Positions 12,801 to 25,251 of a stretch of 64,000 bases of DNA are shown here, piece after piece. The translations under genes and the position numbers were made by a program. The notes under the pieces were generated by a model that made no database searches, was not told the DNA's origin, and saw only the letters and a list, made by a program, of their open reading frames with translations. The DNA is from Lingula anatina. Lineage: Eukaryota; Animalia; Brachiopoda. The first letter of the stretch is position 1. Each line of letters starts with the position of its first letter. The stretch spans positions 10,602,001-10,666,000 of the forward strand of contig CM120641.1 of the NCBI GenBank assembly GCA_051362555.1, given 5' to 3'.

Positions 12801-15800
12801 GGCAATTTCCTCATTATTAGGCATATATAACCCAACTATGCCATTTTCTAAGCTAGGCTACATTTTCAAAAAGACCTGCAGTCACAGAACTAAAATATTC
12901 TTCAGAGGGAAATGACATATACTTTAAAAAATCTAGATGTCTGCTTACATCATATGCTTTCTTCTGCTTGTCCAATTCTTCTTGCAGAGTTTTGACCTGT
13001 GCACTATTGGCATTTGTCTCGCCATGTGAGGACTGCAGTGTCGCCACCTGTTGTTCTGCATTGGTCAACAAGGCAGCGAGTTTCTGACGCTCACTCTCCA
13101 AATTCTATCCAGATGAAATTTAGCAATCAATAACAACAGTAAAAGACTTTGCATTTATTCTTACTTCTGAATTATTACATAATTTAATATATAATATATG
13201 AGTAAAATACTCTTCATTGAGTTAATTTAAAAGAAAATGCACCGGCATGCTTATTCCTTTTAAGAACAAACTCAATATAATCTTCACTGTTAGCAAGCTA
13301 TTGCTTCAGAAAGGGGTAAGGCCTAAACATTTATTGGGTTAAATGAGGATCTGGGTAACATCAAGAAATAAGCAGAATAAGCTTTGGCCAAGAATATCAC
13401 AAACAATATGCTTATTAATGTTTTCTCTTTCATAATTTAAGACACATTTTCACTGACAGCTGCATCAAAAGCATATACACTAACACAATTATGCATAGCA
13501 CAGCTCAAAATTGACGGCTCACAGACATCAGGTGAGTCTGGAAAGAACATGCATGTCTCTGGAGTGTGATACAGGTAATTGGGTCTGGAACTTATGACTA
13601 TATGGAGCAGTTTGCATGCCAGGGTTTGACTATGCTTACAAGCAGTTAAGGGCATGTAATCTCAACTTACAATACTCAACTCAACTCAACAATTGAGAGG
13701 GTAATCAGGGAAGGAGGAAGGAATGAGAAAATTACACAGTATGCATAAACGGTTTAATGGCATATGCAATTATGCATTTTGTCATGCTATAAACCATCTT
13801 TCTAAAGACAGCAGCACCTGAAACAAAGAAAGCAGAATAACATGCGTGTTAGTATCTTAGCAGCAAAAGCTTATCTGCAACAAAAAGCTGACATACATTA
13901 TAAGCAGTTTTCTGTTGTTCGAGTTCTGACGAAACTTGCTGCAGTTCTACTAGCTTGGCATTCAGTTCACCCTGAAACCCGCTCATCTCGGACACCGACT
14001 GCTGTGTCTTAGACAGTCTCTCGGCCAGATCCTGCTTTTCAGCTTCAACTTCCTGTAAATGACAGTCAAACCGCCACCATCAGATTTTTCAAAACAATAA
14101 TTAAGTTCCTGGTATGGAATGAAATACACACAAAATAAGATCATCAAATAATTACTCAAAACAAATCACTCTAAATAAGTAATAATTGCACTCCAAACTG
14201 GTAATAATTGCCCAAATCACCCCTCCCCCATAAAAAAAAAGGTAGAATAAGAAACTTTAATTATGAATCAATAAAAAAAATTCAATTAAACATCGATATC
14301 TATTTTCACCTAATTAATTATAGACATATACTTTCCACTCTGTACAACTAAGGCACTTAACTGGCATAATCACTGCCATATGAAGTTTATATTCTAATCA
14401 ATTTTACAGCTGCAATATACTCACATTATTTTTTGCCTTCTGCTTCTCCAGTTCTGCTGTTAAGTTCTTCAATTCTGAAGCTTGTTTTTCTATCTGTGAT
14501 GTCAGATTGCTAACTTCTTCATTCTTCTTGGTTAAAAGACTTTCGCTTCCAGTTTTAGTCTGCAGCTGACTTTGCAACTTTGCTGCTTCGCTTTCTGCCC
14601 CTTGGGTCCTAGCTTTGGCAGCATCCAATTCTTGCATGGCACTCTTGCAACGTGACTCAGATTTCTGAAGTTCTTCAGCCATCTCTGTTAGTCTTTTGTT
14701 AAAGGCAGCATCACCTTCAGCCTATAAAAAAAAAAAAAAACACACACATTTTAAAAGGAAGAAATGATTTATCATGGCAGCAAGCGGGATAACTTCAAGC
14801 AATTTTTAACCATTTCTGCCTCAATTGGATTTTGGTCTTCGTAGCCAAGAAAAATATAATGCTCATCTCAATAAAAAAAATCATGCCACTGAGAAAAAAA
14901 AAATTAAAAAGCTATATACACTAAATGAATTTCAATACCTTATACCATTCATGAAAAACTCACTCACTTTCTTAGATTCCATAAACTTAATACGATCTTC
15001 ATACTGTTTCAGTTTAGATTCTGCATTTAGTTTTCCATTTTCTGCTGCTGTCAATTTGCGGACATTGTTTGCCATTTCGTTCTGGATGATCTGCAGCTGG
15101 GACTGCAAATTGTGAACCTCGGGGGCCGCTGCAATCCTGCCCCTGGAAGAAACAAATATCAAAATATCTGTCCTTACATGGGTTTTTATAGCTCAAAATC
15201 AATTTGTGATATTAACACCTTAAAGATGACATCTATTCCAAGTGGGCATTTTTACAATAAAAGTGATCAATTAATTCTCCATGCCTTCCTCTAACTTAAC
15301 TGAATATTTTTGTAAATCTGCACTTAATTGAACAAAAAAGGAGGCATATTGCATGAATGGTCTTAAATAAAAAATAAAATATTCTAAAAATTTCAGCTTC
15401 TTCAAGAATTAGGAAGTACATACTGTGCCAATGCTTCTTTTAGTTGACGGTTTTCCTAAAATAATAATAAGAAATATATATTCATACCATATACTAGTAC
15501 CTACATTTTCGAGCATCAAAAAATGTAAAACCTTTTAGAGTATTATAATACAGAAATCTGGAGTTAAATTGTTATCTATGCTTCATTTAAGTTCTATGAC
15601 ATTACAAGAGAATGCATCTTTCTCTTTCCTTTCATTCTATTAAAAAAAAAAGAGTTTTAAAAAGAAATAAACTTTTTATAATAAATGTACCTGCAGTAAA
15701 ACCTGGTGATCTTGAGGGTCTTTTCTCTGCAACTGGTTCTTGAGTGCTGCCACTTCCATCATGTGTTGCTCATGCGACTGCTGCATGCGCGCGTGCAATG

Positions 15801-18800
15801 CATCCATCTCCTGCTGCTTCAAGGTCAAACTCTCGGACATCCTTTTCTCGTACTTGGTAAAATTCTGCTTCTCCTGAGACAGCTCTTGGCGCAGTTCCTT
15901 CACCTTCTTGTTAGCAGCCATAGCCAGCTGTTGTTCTAGAAAATTTCATATGGTGTTGAAGTTTCAATAAATAGATTTTAATTCTTAATAACTTAGCTTA
16001 AATAATCAAGAAATGAAATCTATCAAACATCATCATATCAGAAATCTCAATAGGTTTGGTAATTTTCTGGCAGCTGAAAGTTTATGTTTTTAATATTCTT
16101 ATTGCATTCTCCATTTATAAATTAAAGCATACAGACAAAAATTAAAATGAATTAATTCAAGGGCTAAAGAAATGCTGGTACCTTCTTGCAGGGTCTTTTC
16201 TTTCTCTTCAAGCTGTTTCTTCAAAAGTGAGACAGGATCTCCCTTCTGTAAAAAAACCATCAACACATTTCTGAAAAGATTCACTTTGTTTTATCAACAT
16301 TAAACCTGCAACCATCTTTTAACTTGATAAAGAAATTCTTCAGCCAACATTAATAACCAATTGGCCTTGATATCAAACAAAGTACAGAACATTACTATTA
16401 CTATGCACATATCAGACACTGATCAAAATCCACAGAATTACACAATAAGTCTCTGTACCTTGGTCCACTGTTCATTGCCCTGCTGTCTGTTAAGAAGGAC
16501 ATCAATCAGAGCCTGGATCTCAACATCAGTCAGCAAAGCCTTCTTCACTGCAGCTAATAACTTCTCCCCACTGAGCATCAAACCATCTAAAACGACATCA
16601 ACAGAGATGATTCTCTTGTGATATTAAAGACCACTATTTATGCCCTGAGATAAAAATTTCGCAAATGGCTAGAGATACTTACTAAAAAAAAAAATCAATC
16701 CAAAATTGATATTGTAATGCCTGTGGCCAGTATGAGATTAAATAGAAACAATGAGTGCAGGAACAGATCTCATACTAAAAAAAAAAAAATATATATTCAT
16801 TTTTTTGAGGGGGGGGAGGGGGGCAGAGGATGTAGAGACTTATTGAACCTGTGTGATCTATTACGTTTTAGAGCTCTTAATGGAGTAAATGCTTAATACA
16901 GCCATCCAAGTTCATACAGATATTGCATTGTATATTTTATAATCTTATCAGTACGTATCATGCTTCTTGCTACTTAAAACACCTATTAAGGAAATTATAT
17001 TTATCATGTAATTATCATCTCATGTAAAAGACAGGATGAGAAAAAATACTTATATGTTAAATTGGAACAATATAAATTCATAACTTCTCCCCAAAAATGT
17101 TTTGTTCATAATGCTTAAAAATGTTGATTCTCAAGTTTTGAATAAGCAGTTTGCTTCATGTCAGAAAGTTAAATCTTTTGGGCTTCTAAAATTATAAATC
17201 TTGAAAAAGTGAGGTGTTTGAAAATTTTTAGTAATTACCGTAACAGCTTATGACAGTGCTGCAATTATCATTGGAGTCAAGGACCAATATAAGTCTTAAG
17301 ACAAGGTGATCCTTGTTATCAGACAGCTTAGCAAGACCATGGTCTTATCAGTTCTACCAGAAATAATTTTAGACCAGTTAAATGCTTCATGAAAACCCCA
17401 ACATTGCATAGCAAGGATCACCATCCATCAATCTTTCTACAATTTTTAAGTTTCTAATAATCTTTTTCAACTGTCTTAACTTTAGATGTCAATGTTAGGA
17501 AATTGTACACAACACATTCCACGAATGTTTTTGAATCTATTTACTTAAGACATTACTGATAGTCTAGTTCCAATTATCAAAAGTAAACTCAAAGAAGATA
17601 TTTGGGTTGTACCGAGGTGGTTGGTATCACTTGTTTTCATTTAATAATTTTTATTGTTATTTTAGTTTATAGATGTATTCATCAGGAAATGTATATAAAG
17701 CACCTTGAGAGGACACCTAATTTGAAGAGCTGGCAAGTTGTTAAGTATGCTGTGAGTAAGCCATTAGCAAATAATTCAATACTGTTTATTATGGGAACGG
17801 CTTAATGATCAAAACTGGGTACTTGTGTGATGTACAATTCTTACTGTGTATTCATAGCACATCATACTGATTTTGACATATCATATGGACCATAATGAAA
17901 AAATCTTCACATCTGTTTATATCCATTACTTATACTGCACATTCAACCTCACATGAATATTTATTACTTCCTTTCTTCTCAATGCTGATTGATATCACTG
18001 TAATGAATGCTGATAACACTTATGATTAACATGCCTTTATATATTGTTCTTGTATGATATCATTCTCTGCATACTTAGCTGATTAACATAAATTTTCTTT
18101 TTAACATTAAGGCCTTGCTACAAGTGACTTGTCTGAAAGACGAGACTGTTATTTCCTAATGAATAACATATGGTTTCTTTTTCCCACCAATTTATGAGTC
18201 AGAATAATCAATAAGTGATTGTGTTCAGTTGGGCTATGCATGTGGAAAGTCATGATTTCTGTATGCAAACACTTAATTTAGATTAGCGCTAAGCCATCCT
18301 TAAGTAATTCCCCCAATCTATTTCACCATCTACTTTCATTTTCGCATAGCTAATCAAAAGAGAAATGTAACTGTAACTTTATATCATCATAACGCTTCTG
18401 AACTGTGTTGGTACAAATACAAGAGACAAAAAGTAATATAGAGGGCAAAAGACCATAAAGAGGAAAATATTGTAGAATGGCCCCAGATGTAGCATATCAC
18501 AAGCAACCACTAATAGGTTGTTGAAGTCCTAAAATAGCTTCTCAACTGTTAGGAATCTCACAGCATTCCATAACAATCCCCCCCCCCCCCCCCCACCACC
18601 ACCATTTTTAATCTGATTTAAGTTATAACTAAACAAAATCAAAGGATGCTTTTGACTTTTGACCTTTTTTTGATTTCAAGAAAAAATTCTCATACCCTAG
18701 ATTAGTTATTCATACATCATTACTTGCACATATAAGTAGGACAGAAATTTCATAATATTTCACTGGCTTATGGTAATTACATTGAAATTAATTACAATGG

Positions 18801-19593
18801 ATAAAGCACAAGGATAAACTGGTGTTTAGATTGTCTTATGATTAGAAAAAATTAAAGAGTTCATGTGTATAGAGAAACGCCTGAACCTTGGATGCTTCTA
18901 AAGACAATGATTTCACTGCAGAATGAAATTGCTCTCACCTCCATCTCCTTTGCTCTTCTTATTCTTCTTCCCTTCAGTTACAGGTGGTTCTGCTGCAGTT
19001 GTTAAGGCAACCTCTTGTACCATCACCTCACTCACTTCTTTCTTAACTTCTCTCTTTTCTTTGGTTTTGGTCTCAAATTGAGCATGCTCATGCATCAGCT
19101 CTACCTCATCCTTGGGTAGCTTATCTGGATGGAACAATTCAGGTGCACCCTCCTCACTTATGCTACGGCGAGGCTTCTCATTCTTGTTGACCAAAATGGA
19201 CTTGGGTTTTTTCCCTTTGCGTGGCGTTGGTGGTTTGGGGTGCTCCTCTGAGGGGTCAATTATCTCAGGCTCCAGTTCATACTCAACCATTTTAGCATGA
19301 TTTTCACTACTAGCTGTGGCTGTGACAGCTTCAACAACTGGAGACTCCTTTTCTTTTTCTCCACCTTTTCCCTTTCCTTTCTTATACTTCCCCTTCTTTT
19401 CTTTCTTCTCCAACTTTTGTTTCTGCTGCACCTCTTCATTTAAACGCCTCTGCTCAGCAATCACCTCTTCATAGGACTTTTCACGAATGGCAACACAAGA
19501 AATGAAATAGGCAACAATGAAGGTGATGATGAACAGGGCAGCCCCTATCAGCATAGTCTGCGAGTCCATTTGAATTAGGTTTTCTCCAGCCAT
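1057..19593 (-). CDS. RRBP1: Kinectin / ribosome-binding protein 1 (p180)-like ER membrane coiled-coil protein, multi-exon (about 1340 aa if all cassette exons are included)
   Basis: N-terminal TM helix (MLIGAALFIITFIVAYFISCVAI) followed by REKSYEEVIAEQRR and a Lys/Pro-rich region; KGDPVSLLKKQLEEKEK, KNN-ELREKNWKAMEAL, YKSVLDETEAMLNKLQGSVESEEGKWK are RRBP1/KTN1 hallmarks. GT-AG exons joining in frame (transcript order): 19593-18939, 16586-16459, 16245-16182, 15935-15691, 15455-15424, 15142-14968, 14721-14425, [14052-13897, 13104-12949, 12763-12608, 11571-11416, 11025-10876, 9832-9734, 8694-8548, 8290-8228, 7535-7386, 7072-6968, 5935-5843], 5526-5431, 5128-5036, 4853-4773, 4549-4472, 4191-4057, 3739-3659, 3405-3238, [2922-2890, 2642-2556, 1904-1866], 1423-1346, 1083-1057 (GPRLSDKV*). 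Likely co-orthologous to RRBP1 and KTN1, so the symbol is nominal. Confidence 0.88.
2556..2642 (-). CDS. Candidate 87-nt cassette exon of the kinectin-like gene (DTSTVLAVTQSEWEIVDPPKDIPQNPSNM)
   Basis: Acceptor ttctgcttcttag, donor ATG|gttagt, phase 0/0, open frame, GC-richer than the flanking intron. Confidence 0.6.
5843..14052 (-). repeat. Tandem array of 11 paralogous phase-0 coiled-coil cassette exons within the kinectin-like gene
   Basis: Lengths 156,156,156,156,150,99,147,63,150,105,93 nt, all multiples of 3, all phase 0/0. They start E/D/N/A-L/V and most end in a similar motif (KTAYN, KKAYD, RKSNE, KKDQD, KQAND, KKANE, DKEFN, KQQND, RQVNS, RKKNN), each followed by a gtaag/gtgag/gtatg donor. 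Confidence 0.85.
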
Positions 19594-20259
19594 AATTCAG
19601 GTGGTGAGAGACAAATTGGACAGCAATGAACACAAAATAACTCTTGGGTAGCGATTTACCCCCTTAAAGCTTGAACTAGCCTTGGCGTATTTGATCTGAA
19701 AGACAAATTACAAAGCAACTGATCTTGTGTTGAAATTCAAAACAAATATATTGTCACTCAATTCTAAAAAAATAACCCGATACAACTCAGTATCACTTTA
19801 TATATTCCTTAAAACTTACTAAAAGGCCAAGGTAATATCTCCTGACTGGTCACATTCTGACTTTACGTGTGCTGTATTTCACTCTGAGCACTTTACATTA
19901 AAACCCTACACCTTAGCCATAAATTTCAGAACTGAAACCGCATGATATTATTAGTTGATACGAAACGTCTGATAATGATGCATACGAGTATTGCAAAATA
20001 ACACTCAATTTTGCAATATTCGTATAAAAATCGAAGAAACTCGATTATTAAAGCACAAGTACATATCCTGTGTATAGATGAAAGTTTTGCGAACGCTGGC
20101 TTGTCCCCAAATGACACTTTCTGCTCTACATGATACCAAGGATATATAAATTTGTCCACGTTGACACGTACAGTGGGTGGTAAACAATTTTCTCTGTGCG
20201 TTCATTTGTGCAATGACGCCAACAAACAATTAGTTCTGCATACTTCAATTTTAACAAAC

Positions 20260-20700
20260 CTTCAATTGGCCCTTTCTTTATAAATATCCCAAAGCTCTTC
20301 ACATTAAAACTTTGATGATATTTCTATTTCGGGACGTTCACTGCCACCTTGCTTCCGATTATATCCAATGGCCGGCTCACGCCTTCCTCTAAATGTTACA
20401 TTGAGTTTGATTGGTTATTCGTAATTACTGCTGTTGAATCATTTGCTATTTACCCCTGCCACGTAGACTAATCAATATTTACTTTTACACGATAAAATAT
20501 ACGGAATATTCACTACATAGGGAATAAAAATATCTACATAGCTTTCTGTATTTTTGTACAATTAATAAAAAACAGTGACGGTGGTTCGATATTTGATTTT
20601 GAATGACTTAATTGGAGACGAGGCGACTAGAATAGGGATGAAAGACAGAGGGTCTACCATTTAAAGCGAGGCTTCCCGGAAGCCACACGTGCGTACTCGG
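20260..20700. promoter_or_regulatory. Bidirectional promoter region between kinectin-like and ENOPH1, including a probable non-coding first exon of the kinectin-like gene
   Basis: CpG-richer segment between divergent genes. Candidate minus-strand donor aag|gtttgt at 20260/20259 splicing to the acceptor at 19695; CCAAT boxes (about 20365 and ATTGG about 20410), GCCACGT 20458-20464, palindrome GCTTCCCGGAAGC 20671-20683, E-box CACGTG 20686-20691. Confidence 0.55.
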
Positions 20701-20768
20701 AACAAAGAGTCAAAAACAACCGGCGTGAGTTTCACCTGTCAACTTGCAGACCACTGTAATTCTCCGAA

Positions 20769-23700
20769 ATGGCACAAACGAAAAGACCGATCTCTGATGC
20801 CAGTGATATCCTGGAAAATGTGAAAGTATTGCTACTCGACGTAGAAGGCACTACATCTCCAATTTCGTTCATGAAGGTAAGTTTTCTGCGTTTTTCAGTT
20901 TTCTCAGCATGCCAAAAGCCCGCAAAATTTGAATTCCAGACAAAGGGCTTTGTCCACCGGTATCATATCAGTGTCGGTATAACTGACATATTCTGTTTTA
21001 AATGTTAGAATTAAGAATTGTTATGTTTTGCGCTAATGAAGTAACGGTTCTGATTACTTAATCTGTCGATTATTAAATATTTGATTCACCGTGCAGCTGG
21101 GCTTCCATGACATTATTGTCATGTGATATGCACATAAAATTAATAGTTCCAGGAAGAATTCTCTCTAGGTTTCGAAATAAAACGTGCAAAAAGTAAATGT
21201 TTTCAGCAATTTACTTGACGGCTAATGGGATTTCTCATTTTAGTTAATTAGATAATTAAATTGGTGATATTTCTGCATATTTAATTTAATATGGCAAATC
21301 AGATATCAGAGTAAATCAATTAAATTAAAATAATTTAGAACTGCAGAATTTTAATTTTGAAAATATTTTCTAGAAACATAATTGATATGGCAGTTAAGTG
21401 TTTGATTGTTGTAATAGGTGAAGTCACAGGACAGTCAAAAGTGAGGGCCTAAGATGATGTTTATTGGATATGAATTAGAACTATAGCGTTTATGATATTT
21501 TTGTTAATATGAATACAAGAGAAATCCCATCTTAGAAATAAAACTTAAATGTGTATAGAAATTGCCAAACTTACCAGTCTAATCCTTCATTGTTAGGGGA
21601 GTTGATTTAGGTATGTTTTATTTGCGGCAAATGTTTAAAAAGGTTCTTTTTTGTATGTTTCTATAGTACTTACATCATTTTTATGTACAGTGATATAAAA
21701 GAGAACCGCATTATTGTTGCCATAATTTGCTGGCAACAATATAATCACTGAAGAGTTGTAAAATATGACAAGACTGACATTAATTACTTGGGACCATGTT
21801 TTTTACTTGCACAGTTAAAAACAAATTGTTACAAAATGTCTGTAAATCAACAGTTACTTTAAACATGAATGATTTTTAATTTCAGAATGAAGTCAATCAA
21901 TATGTAACTGAAAATATACAAGAATATTTGACTAAGAATTGGGAATCTGAGGAGCTTCAGAATGTCATTACTTCACTAAGAGAACAGGTAAGGTGAATTT
22001 TGAGGTTGTTTTACATATAGAGACAAGAAATTGAGGGAGGGGGGCTTGCACTTAAAGTTCAATTTTTTCTAGAATATTATGCTTATTAATTATTTTGACA
22101 GGCATAGCAGGTGTTTGTAACTCTTTCAGAAAGAAAGGAAGATGGGTGTCTTTTTAATAGGGTGAAATAAACTTGGTTTTGATGTTATGGCCAAAAAGGT
22201 GGTATCATATTTCATTTAAGTGCCCTTATTTGTCAAAGAAAATAAAAAAGGTAGTAAAAAATGCATCTCAGTGTGCCTTTCAATTAACTGAAGCTTTTAT
22301 TATGATACCCTGAAAGGTATCCAAGGTTTCTGTGCATATTATTTATATTAAAAAGTAAAATGAATTTTTTGTAGTCTTTAGCAACATTTTAGTTATCGAC
22401 TATCACCCTTTTGACCTGCAAAGGCCATAATAGTGGCTTTTGTTTCTAAACATTTATTTTGCCTCTGAGATCTAAGTTTGCTAAATTAAATCCGTCTGTT
22501 ATTTTCTTTAGCCATTGTAAATAGCCTGTAGCCTTTCTTGAAAAACCTCATATGCGAGTATGAGCATACTTTGAAAATATCTTAATTCATTCAACAGGTA
22601 ATTGCAGTAAAAAAGGCCATTGGAATATTTTTGATAGGAGACCCTCTTCCTTGTAAAGGTCATGTGATTAGTGCTTTATGTTTCCATGACTAGACAACTA
22701 TGATACATCATTATCATCATCATTCAAAGCCCTAAAGTGTTCCTCTGTTGGACAAAGGCCTCAGCATGCTTCTTCCAGTGTATTCTGTCTTGGCCTCACT
22801 CTTGTCTTTCAGTTCAGTTCAGATACATAGCTTAGATATATGAAGAGATGAAATGTTCTAGATTTATACAGTAATTGTTGTTTATATGCCCTCTGGTCTT
22901 GCCATAAAGAGCTGCTCTTTTTTTTTTTTTTTTTCATTTTGCAGTTTTTTTAAAGGTCAACATTCTTTTCTGGATATGTGAAAATCAAGTAGAATAATTA
23001 TGCTTCATTTTATCATGGTTGTTTTGAAATATTCAGGCGCAACAAGATAAAGAAGCTGGCACTGAAGGGGTGGTTGAAGTCAAGGCTGCTGATGATCCCC
23101 AGGAGGAGGTGATTGCTAGCATTACAGAGAACCTGAAATGGCAGATGAGCCAGGAGAAGGCAACAACAGCAGCCTGTCAGCTTCAGTCCCAGATTTTGAG
23201 GGAGGCATTTAAAATGGAGAAGATGAAAGGAAAGTAAGTATTTAAAGGACAGTCCCAGTTGCTTTCAGAAGTGATAAAGCTTTTCAGATTGCAGAATGAA
23301 GTCTATTTACATGGTGATTATTTCAGGTACAAATTTTTCTACGCATAAAATCTGGTTGTTTCTTGAACCAAATGTTTTTCCAGTTGAATTTTATATCAAT
23401 AGTGATGCAGAATGTTGTGAAGATATTTTTCATAGAGTCCCATGTATTCAGTCCTCTGTTTTGTTTCATTTAGATTGTTTGATGATGTGGTGCCTGCCCT
23501 AAAAGAGGTTGCCACTGACAGCAGACAGGTGTATCTGTTCTCCACTACCAGCATGGATGTACAGAAATTACTCTTCACATACTCTGCACAAGGAGATAAC
23601 TCAAAGGTAGACATATAATTGCTCTATTAAGCCACAGCCCTCCGTGCATCTGGTATATTATCATGGTTATTCTAGCATATTATTTATCTAACCAAATAAT

Positions 23701-25251
23701 TGTTTTATCACCACATCAGTGATCAACTTGAATAAAAACTGTCTCACATTTCTCATTTCATTTAGCCAAAGTTGAACATCTGGTGAACTTAGACCTTAAA
23801 AACCCTCTTTTATACACAAAACATTGTTTAATATTTTGGGGAAGATTTGTGCTACCATTAAAACATGGCAGTGTTTTGAAATTGAATAATATGTTGGGGA
23901 CTATGAAGTCCTGTATTTTAATTGATACGAGAAAGCAGATAGGCAATAAAGTGAGTTGATATCTAGCTTAGAAATAGAAATTTCATTTGACTCCACTCAA
24001 GATGACGCTGTTCCTATGCCAATATACTTATTCACAGTGTAGTTGCTATGGCAACTAATAAGATGATATTTAGGAATATATTGATATTAGAACAGAGGCA
24101 GTTTTTATCCTTCTTTCTACTGTCTGTAATTACTCTCTGTTATAATTAAACTAACACACAGCAAAAAGATTATTGGGAAAATGCTAAAAGGTGTTCCACT
24201 TGGCCATAGATGATTAAAATGTTGTCTCTGGTGTACATTATATTATTTCATAAAAGTAACTACTAGTCTTATTGTTAAATATCAACAAAGGGTTGGAGTG
24301 GCTTTAGTATTAGAAAGATGTTCATATAACATCTAGGTCTTTCTCTAAGCTCCATTGTACATTTTCAATCAATTTTTGTCATTGTTAAATAAATAATAGG
24401 GAAGAAAAGTATAATAGAAACCCTTTTTATATGTATTTCAGTATATAAAGTAAAAAATACACCAATTATCTGTCATATATCATAGATGAACATTTTTTGT
24501 TTCAGTGTCTGTCTGGTTTTTTTGACTCCAAAGTCGGGGCAAAGACTGAAATGGAAAGCTATAAGAACATTATCAATGACATTGGGGTTAAGCCGGAGGA
24601 GACGCTCTATGTGACAGACACGCCAGCAGGTAGGCGCAACTATCCATTAGTGAAAATTGATGTTGCTAGGTTTATCTTACTTTCAGATTGAAAACCTTGA
24701 TTATGCATTTAGAAGCTTTGTGTGCATGATTACAGAATTGCAGCACATTACTAGTTACAAGCAGGTGCAATTTCTACAGTTATTTTAGTCCATTTTCTAT
24801 TCTATGCATACATGTTTTGAATTTGATTTATATCAGGGTCATTTGTAATTCGAGTTTGATTCAAAATGCATGACTGAACAAGTTTTTTTTTCTATTGCCC
24901 ATCTACTAATGTCTAACATTTAGTCTACCCTTTTTGTTGTATTTTTCAGAGGCTCAAGCTGCTGGTAAAGCTGGTATTGGTGTGTTTCTGTTGAACAGAC
25001 CAGAGAACCCTGCTTTATCTCAGGACGACCTCAAGGATTACAATGTTATCTCCTCACTGACTGAACTCTACGCCAGCAATGAGGCACCTTGTAAGAAAGC
25101 AACCAATGGGGCCGATGTGGCCCAGGTCGAGGGTGAGGAGGCGGAGGCTGAAGATGAGGAAGGCGAAGAGGATGTAGTTGATGATGAAGAGGAGGAGGAT
25201 CTGGATGGAGAGGACGAAGGAGAAGAGGAGGAGGAGGAAGAAGAAAACTGA
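20769..25251 (+). CDS. ENOPH1: Enolase-phosphatase E1 (HAD-like acireductone synthase, methionine salvage) with acidic C-terminal tail
   Basis: Exons 20769-20876, 21886-21987, 23037-23233, 23474-23606, 24506-24629, 24950-25251 join in frame. Motifs LLDVEGTTSPISF, LFDDVVPAL, QKLLF, GFFDSKVGAKTE..SY, LYVTD..EAQAA, NRPEN match ENOPH1. Confidence 0.92.
22706..22800 (-). mobile_element. Short 3'-end fragment of an RTE-type LINE in ENOPH1 intron 2
   Basis: (CAT)n tract followed by cctctgttggacaaaggcctc..., the reverse complement of the typical RTE 3' terminus GAGGCCTWTGTCCARCAG...(GAT)n. Recognised from memory, not searched. Confidence 0.45.

Noticed and set aside
17303-17422. 15-bp inverted repeat (ggtgatccttgttat / atagcaaggatcacc) in kinectin intron 2
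   Set aside because: Short and probably a decayed MITE fragment; boundaries cannot be defined.
19926-19972. CGAAACGTC preceded by CTGAAAC, reminiscent of a minimal Penelope-type hammerhead ribozyme
   Set aside because: The core CUGANGA is not matched and there is no stem II pairing.
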